Shown: one piece after another, positions 62,114 to 64,000 of the stretch
How the letters are laid out: the number at the start of each line of letters is the position of its first letter
Numbering within the stretch: the first letter of the stretch is position 1
DNA from: Patescibacteria group bacterium
GTDB taxonomy: Bacteria; Patescibacteriota; Minisyncoccia; Minisyncoccales; JAHCRE01
Assembly (NCBI GenBank): GCA_020148145.1
Contig: JAHCRE010000006.1
Span: 6,368-70,367 of the forward strand
DNA length: 64,000 bases
Direction of reading: 5' to 3'
Program-made: the position numbers and the translations under genes
The notes under the pieces: model-generated
What the model was told of the DNA's origin: nothing
Database searches by the model: none
The model's input: the letters and a program-made list of their open reading frames with translations, nothing else

Positions 62114-62255
62114 AAGCGAGGGAATCAATTTTTATGGACCATCCGCAGCGAGTTGGCATGGTCTCGCCGCAGAGCGGCGAGCAACTCGCGAGGACATGAG
62201 CCTGATCCTCGCTGGGGGTCAGAGCGTGTCCTAAAAATTGGATTCCCGAAGCGCC
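62114..62255 (-). repeat. Long-hairpin (TIR-type) repeat, family Y copy 1 (rpsH-rplF spacer)
   Basis: Arms GCGAGGGAATCAATTTTTATGGAC (62116-62139) and GTCCTAAAAATTGGATTCCCGAAGCGC (62228-62254). GC-rich core. Abuts the rpsH stop codon. Confidence 0.75.
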
Positions 62256-62645
62256 CTACCATATTTCACAAATTACCTCTCCTCCTAATTTCCTTTTTCT
62301 CGCCTCTTTATTAGTCATTAAACCCTCAGGGGTAGAGATAATAGCTATTCCATATCCTCCTTTTACTCTCTTAATTTTTTTAAATGGCAAATAAATTTTT
62401 TGACCGGGTTTAGAGATTCTTCGCAAACCAGATATTGCGGGAGTTTTATCATCGTATTTTAAAGTAATTTCAATAAATTTTCTTACTTTTCTACCTTTTC
62501 TCTCAACTTTTTCAATAAATCCTTTTTTTTCAAAAATTTTAGCTATCTTATATTTCAAATTAGAAAAAGGAATATTAACCGTAGGATGTAAAACGGCTTG
62601 GGCATTACGAATTCGATTTAACATATCGGTTATAGGATCGGTCAT
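62256..62645 (-). CDS. rpsH: 30S ribosomal protein S8
   Basis: 129 aa. DPITDMLNRIRNA. Confidence 0.94.
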   Translation of the reverse strand: MTDPITDMLNRIRNAQAVLHPTVNIPFSNLKYKIAKIFEKKGFIEKVERKGRKVRKFIEITLKYDDKTPAISGLRRISKPGQKIYLPFKKIKRVKGGYGIAIISTPEGLMTNKEARKRKLGGEVICEIW

Positions 62646-62652
62646 ATTCTTT

Positions 62653-62838
62653 TTACCAACTTGATTTTTTAACTCCAGGAATTAATCCCTGATTTGCCAT
62701 TTCTCTAAAACAAATTCGGCATAAACCAAATTTTCTCATATATCCCCTTTTTCTCCCACACCTAAAACAGCGTAAAATTTTTCGAGTTGAAAATTTGGGC
62801 TTTTTCTTAGATTTAACAATTTGAGCTTTTACTGCCAT
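62653..62838 (-). CDS. rpsN: 30S ribosomal protein S14, short Zn-binding (type Z)
   Basis: Start set at the internal ATG 62838 ([13 protein letters not shown]...[20 protein letters not shown]...W). The track ORF start lies inside a repeat element. Confidence 0.9.
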   Translation of the reverse strand: MAVKAQIVKSKKKPKFSTRKILRCFRCGRKRGYMRKFGLCRICFREMANQGLIPGVKKSSW

Positions 62839-62852
62839 TGGTATTACATAAT

Positions 62853-63055
62853 TAATCGCTCGCCCTCTCCAGAACAAAGTTCTGGCGCTCCCCGCCCAGG
62901 GCGGATCGCTTCGGGCTCGCTCTTTAAAAACCCTCGGTTTTTAATATTTTCCTATACGGGGAAACCGAATGGTTTCCCAGATGGGGCTTTCCGACTCAAC
63001 CCGCTTCGCAGGTTTCGCGGAGAAGCCTCGCGCCTTGACCGACCCCCTTCCGATA
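62853..63055 (-). repeat. GC-rich multi-hairpin repeat, family X copy 2 (rplE-rpsN spacer)
   Basis: Same ends as copy 1 (TTAATCGCTCGCCCTCT ... GACCCCCTTCCGATAT) and same central CTTCGGGCTCGCTCTTTAAAAACCCTCGGTTTTTAATATTTTCCTATACGGGGAAACCGAA. About 60 nt of extra hairpins. Confidence 0.8.
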
Positions 63056-63062
63056 TGGGGTG

Positions 63063-63623
63063 TTATGAAGATTTAATTGGGAATCCCATTAATCTTAATA
63101 GTTCAATTCCTTCTTCCCGAGTCTTAGTAGTAGTCACAACGGTTATTTCAAATCCAAAAATATTTTTGACTTTTTCTGGAGATATTTCAGGGAAACAAAT
63201 ATGTTCTTTAATAGCAATAGTTAAATTCCCTTCTTTATCAAATGATTTTAAATTAATCCCCTGAAAATCTCGAGACCTAGGAAGACCAATATGAATTAGT
63301 CTTTCTAAAAAATCTGTCATTCTCTTTCCTCTCAGCGTCACTCGAGCTCCAATCGGCATTCCCTGACGAATTTTAAAGCCGGAAATTGATTTTCTTGCTC
63401 TTCTTAATTCTAGATGCTGTCCAGTGATTAAAGCAAGGTCATTTGAGATAGCTTCATAAATTTTTTTTTGTTCTTCTGAGGTTTTTCCAAAAATTTTACT
63501 ACCAAATCCGGTGTTAATCACCACTTTCTCAATCCTGGGAACAGCCATAGGGCTTTTATATCTGAATTTTTGAATCATCTGGGGAACGACCTCTTTTTTA
63601 TATTTTTCTTTTAAGGAAAGCAT
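63063..63623 (-). CDS. rplE: 50S ribosomal protein L5
   Basis: 186 aa. Order and motifs (PRIEKVVINTG, FDKEGNLTI..E). Confidence 0.94.
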   Translation of the reverse strand: MLSLKEKYKKEVVPQMIQKFRYKSPMAVPRIEKVVINTGFGSKIFGKTSEEQKKIYEAISNDLALITGQHLELRRARKSISGFKIRQGMPIGARVTLRGKRMTDFLERLIHIGLPRSRDFQGINLKSFDKEGNLTIAIKEHICFPEISPEKVKNIFGFEITVVTTTKTREEGIELLRLMGFPIKSS

Positions 63624-63632
63624 ATTTTAGAA

Positions 63633-64000
63633 TTAGATTTCTTTTCCACATTTCTTACATATCCTTATTTTTGATTTCTTATTTTTGCCGCTCGATTTCA
63701 TTGAGCGCCCGCTTCGCCTCGGCGAAGACGAGGCGAGAACCTCCCGCCCACTTAGGCGAGGCTCGCCCACTTTGTGGGCGGCACCTCTTTGAGGCGGGAT
63801 TTTTGATATTACTTTATAACCTATCCTGGTTGCCTTTCCGCATTTTGAACAAATGAGTTTTACATTGGAAACAGGAATAGGGGCCGGCAGTTCTATAATT
63901 TGACCTTTTTCCTCTGTCCTTCTTGGTTTAATATGTTTTTTTCTTAAATTAACTCCTTCAACTAAAAGTTTTTGCTCTTCGGGAAAAGCCTTTAAAACCT
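63633..64000 (-). CDS. rplX: 50S ribosomal protein L24, 3' part (5' end beyond window), carrying an in-frame insertion
   Basis: Own translation: ..LLVEGVNLRKKHIKPRRTEEKGQIIELPAPIPVSNVKLICSKCGKATRIGYKVIS[38 aa]GKNKKSKIRICKKCGKEI*. Stop at 63633-63635. Confidence 0.88.
   Translation of the reverse strand, partial: VLKAFPEEQKLLVEGVNLRKKHIKPRRTEEKGQIIELPAPIPVSNVKLICSKCGKATRIGYKVISKIPPQRGAAHKVGEPRLSGREVLASSSPRRSGRSMKSSGKNKKSKIRICKKCGKEI
63690..63803 (-). repeat. 114-nt GC-rich hairpin-rich insertion, in frame within rplX
   Basis: Encodes KIPPQRGAAHKVGEPRLSGREVLASSSPRRSGRSMKSS. Hairpins CTTCGCC-TCG-GCGAAG and GCCCAC-TTT-GTGGGC. Absent from the L24 sequences I recall (e.g. B. subtilis RVGYKVEDGKKVRV). 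Confidence 0.75.

Overview
AT-rich bacterial window (about one-third GC by eye), transcribed almost entirely on the minus strand. The region from 15.6 to 64 kb is core housekeeping. It holds ftsEX, prfB with its +1 frameshift, lepA, murJ, RNase P RNA, rnhA, pgk, gatCA, two mreB paralogs, proS, frr, holB, murA, and the spc/alpha ribosomal cluster (L24-L5-S14-S8-L6-L18-S5-L15-SecY-Adk-Map ... IF1-L36-S13-S11-S4-RpoA-L17-L13-S9). There is no room for an L30 gene between S5 and L15. Together with the compact genes, this suggests a Candidate Phyla Radiation / Patescibacteria-type genome (inference). The region from 1 to 15.5 kb lies on the 3' side of a tRNA-Gln and is an accessory array. It contains at least 13 mostly single-gene, mostly orphan transcription units, separated by recurrent junction modules. 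Each module has a conserved 3' element with a tRNA T-arm-like core, then a near-identical terminator hairpin, then an extended -10 box. Findings most worth a second look: (1) a complete tRNA-Asp gene nested in the anticodon arm of a tRNA-Trp-like gene (30293-30457). (2) The tRNA-Gln-anchored cassette array and its junction repeat. (3) GC-rich multi-hairpin repeat families in operon spacers, with compensatory stem changes between copies; similar GC-rich hairpin DNA (a different sequence, not a member of those families) sits in-frame inside coding genes, e.g. 38 codons inside rplX. (4) A 53-nt duplicate of the rnhA 5' end that differs from the real gene only at 8 synonymous sites and flanks one of these elements. 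Family names come from my recognition of motifs in the translations. No searches were run.
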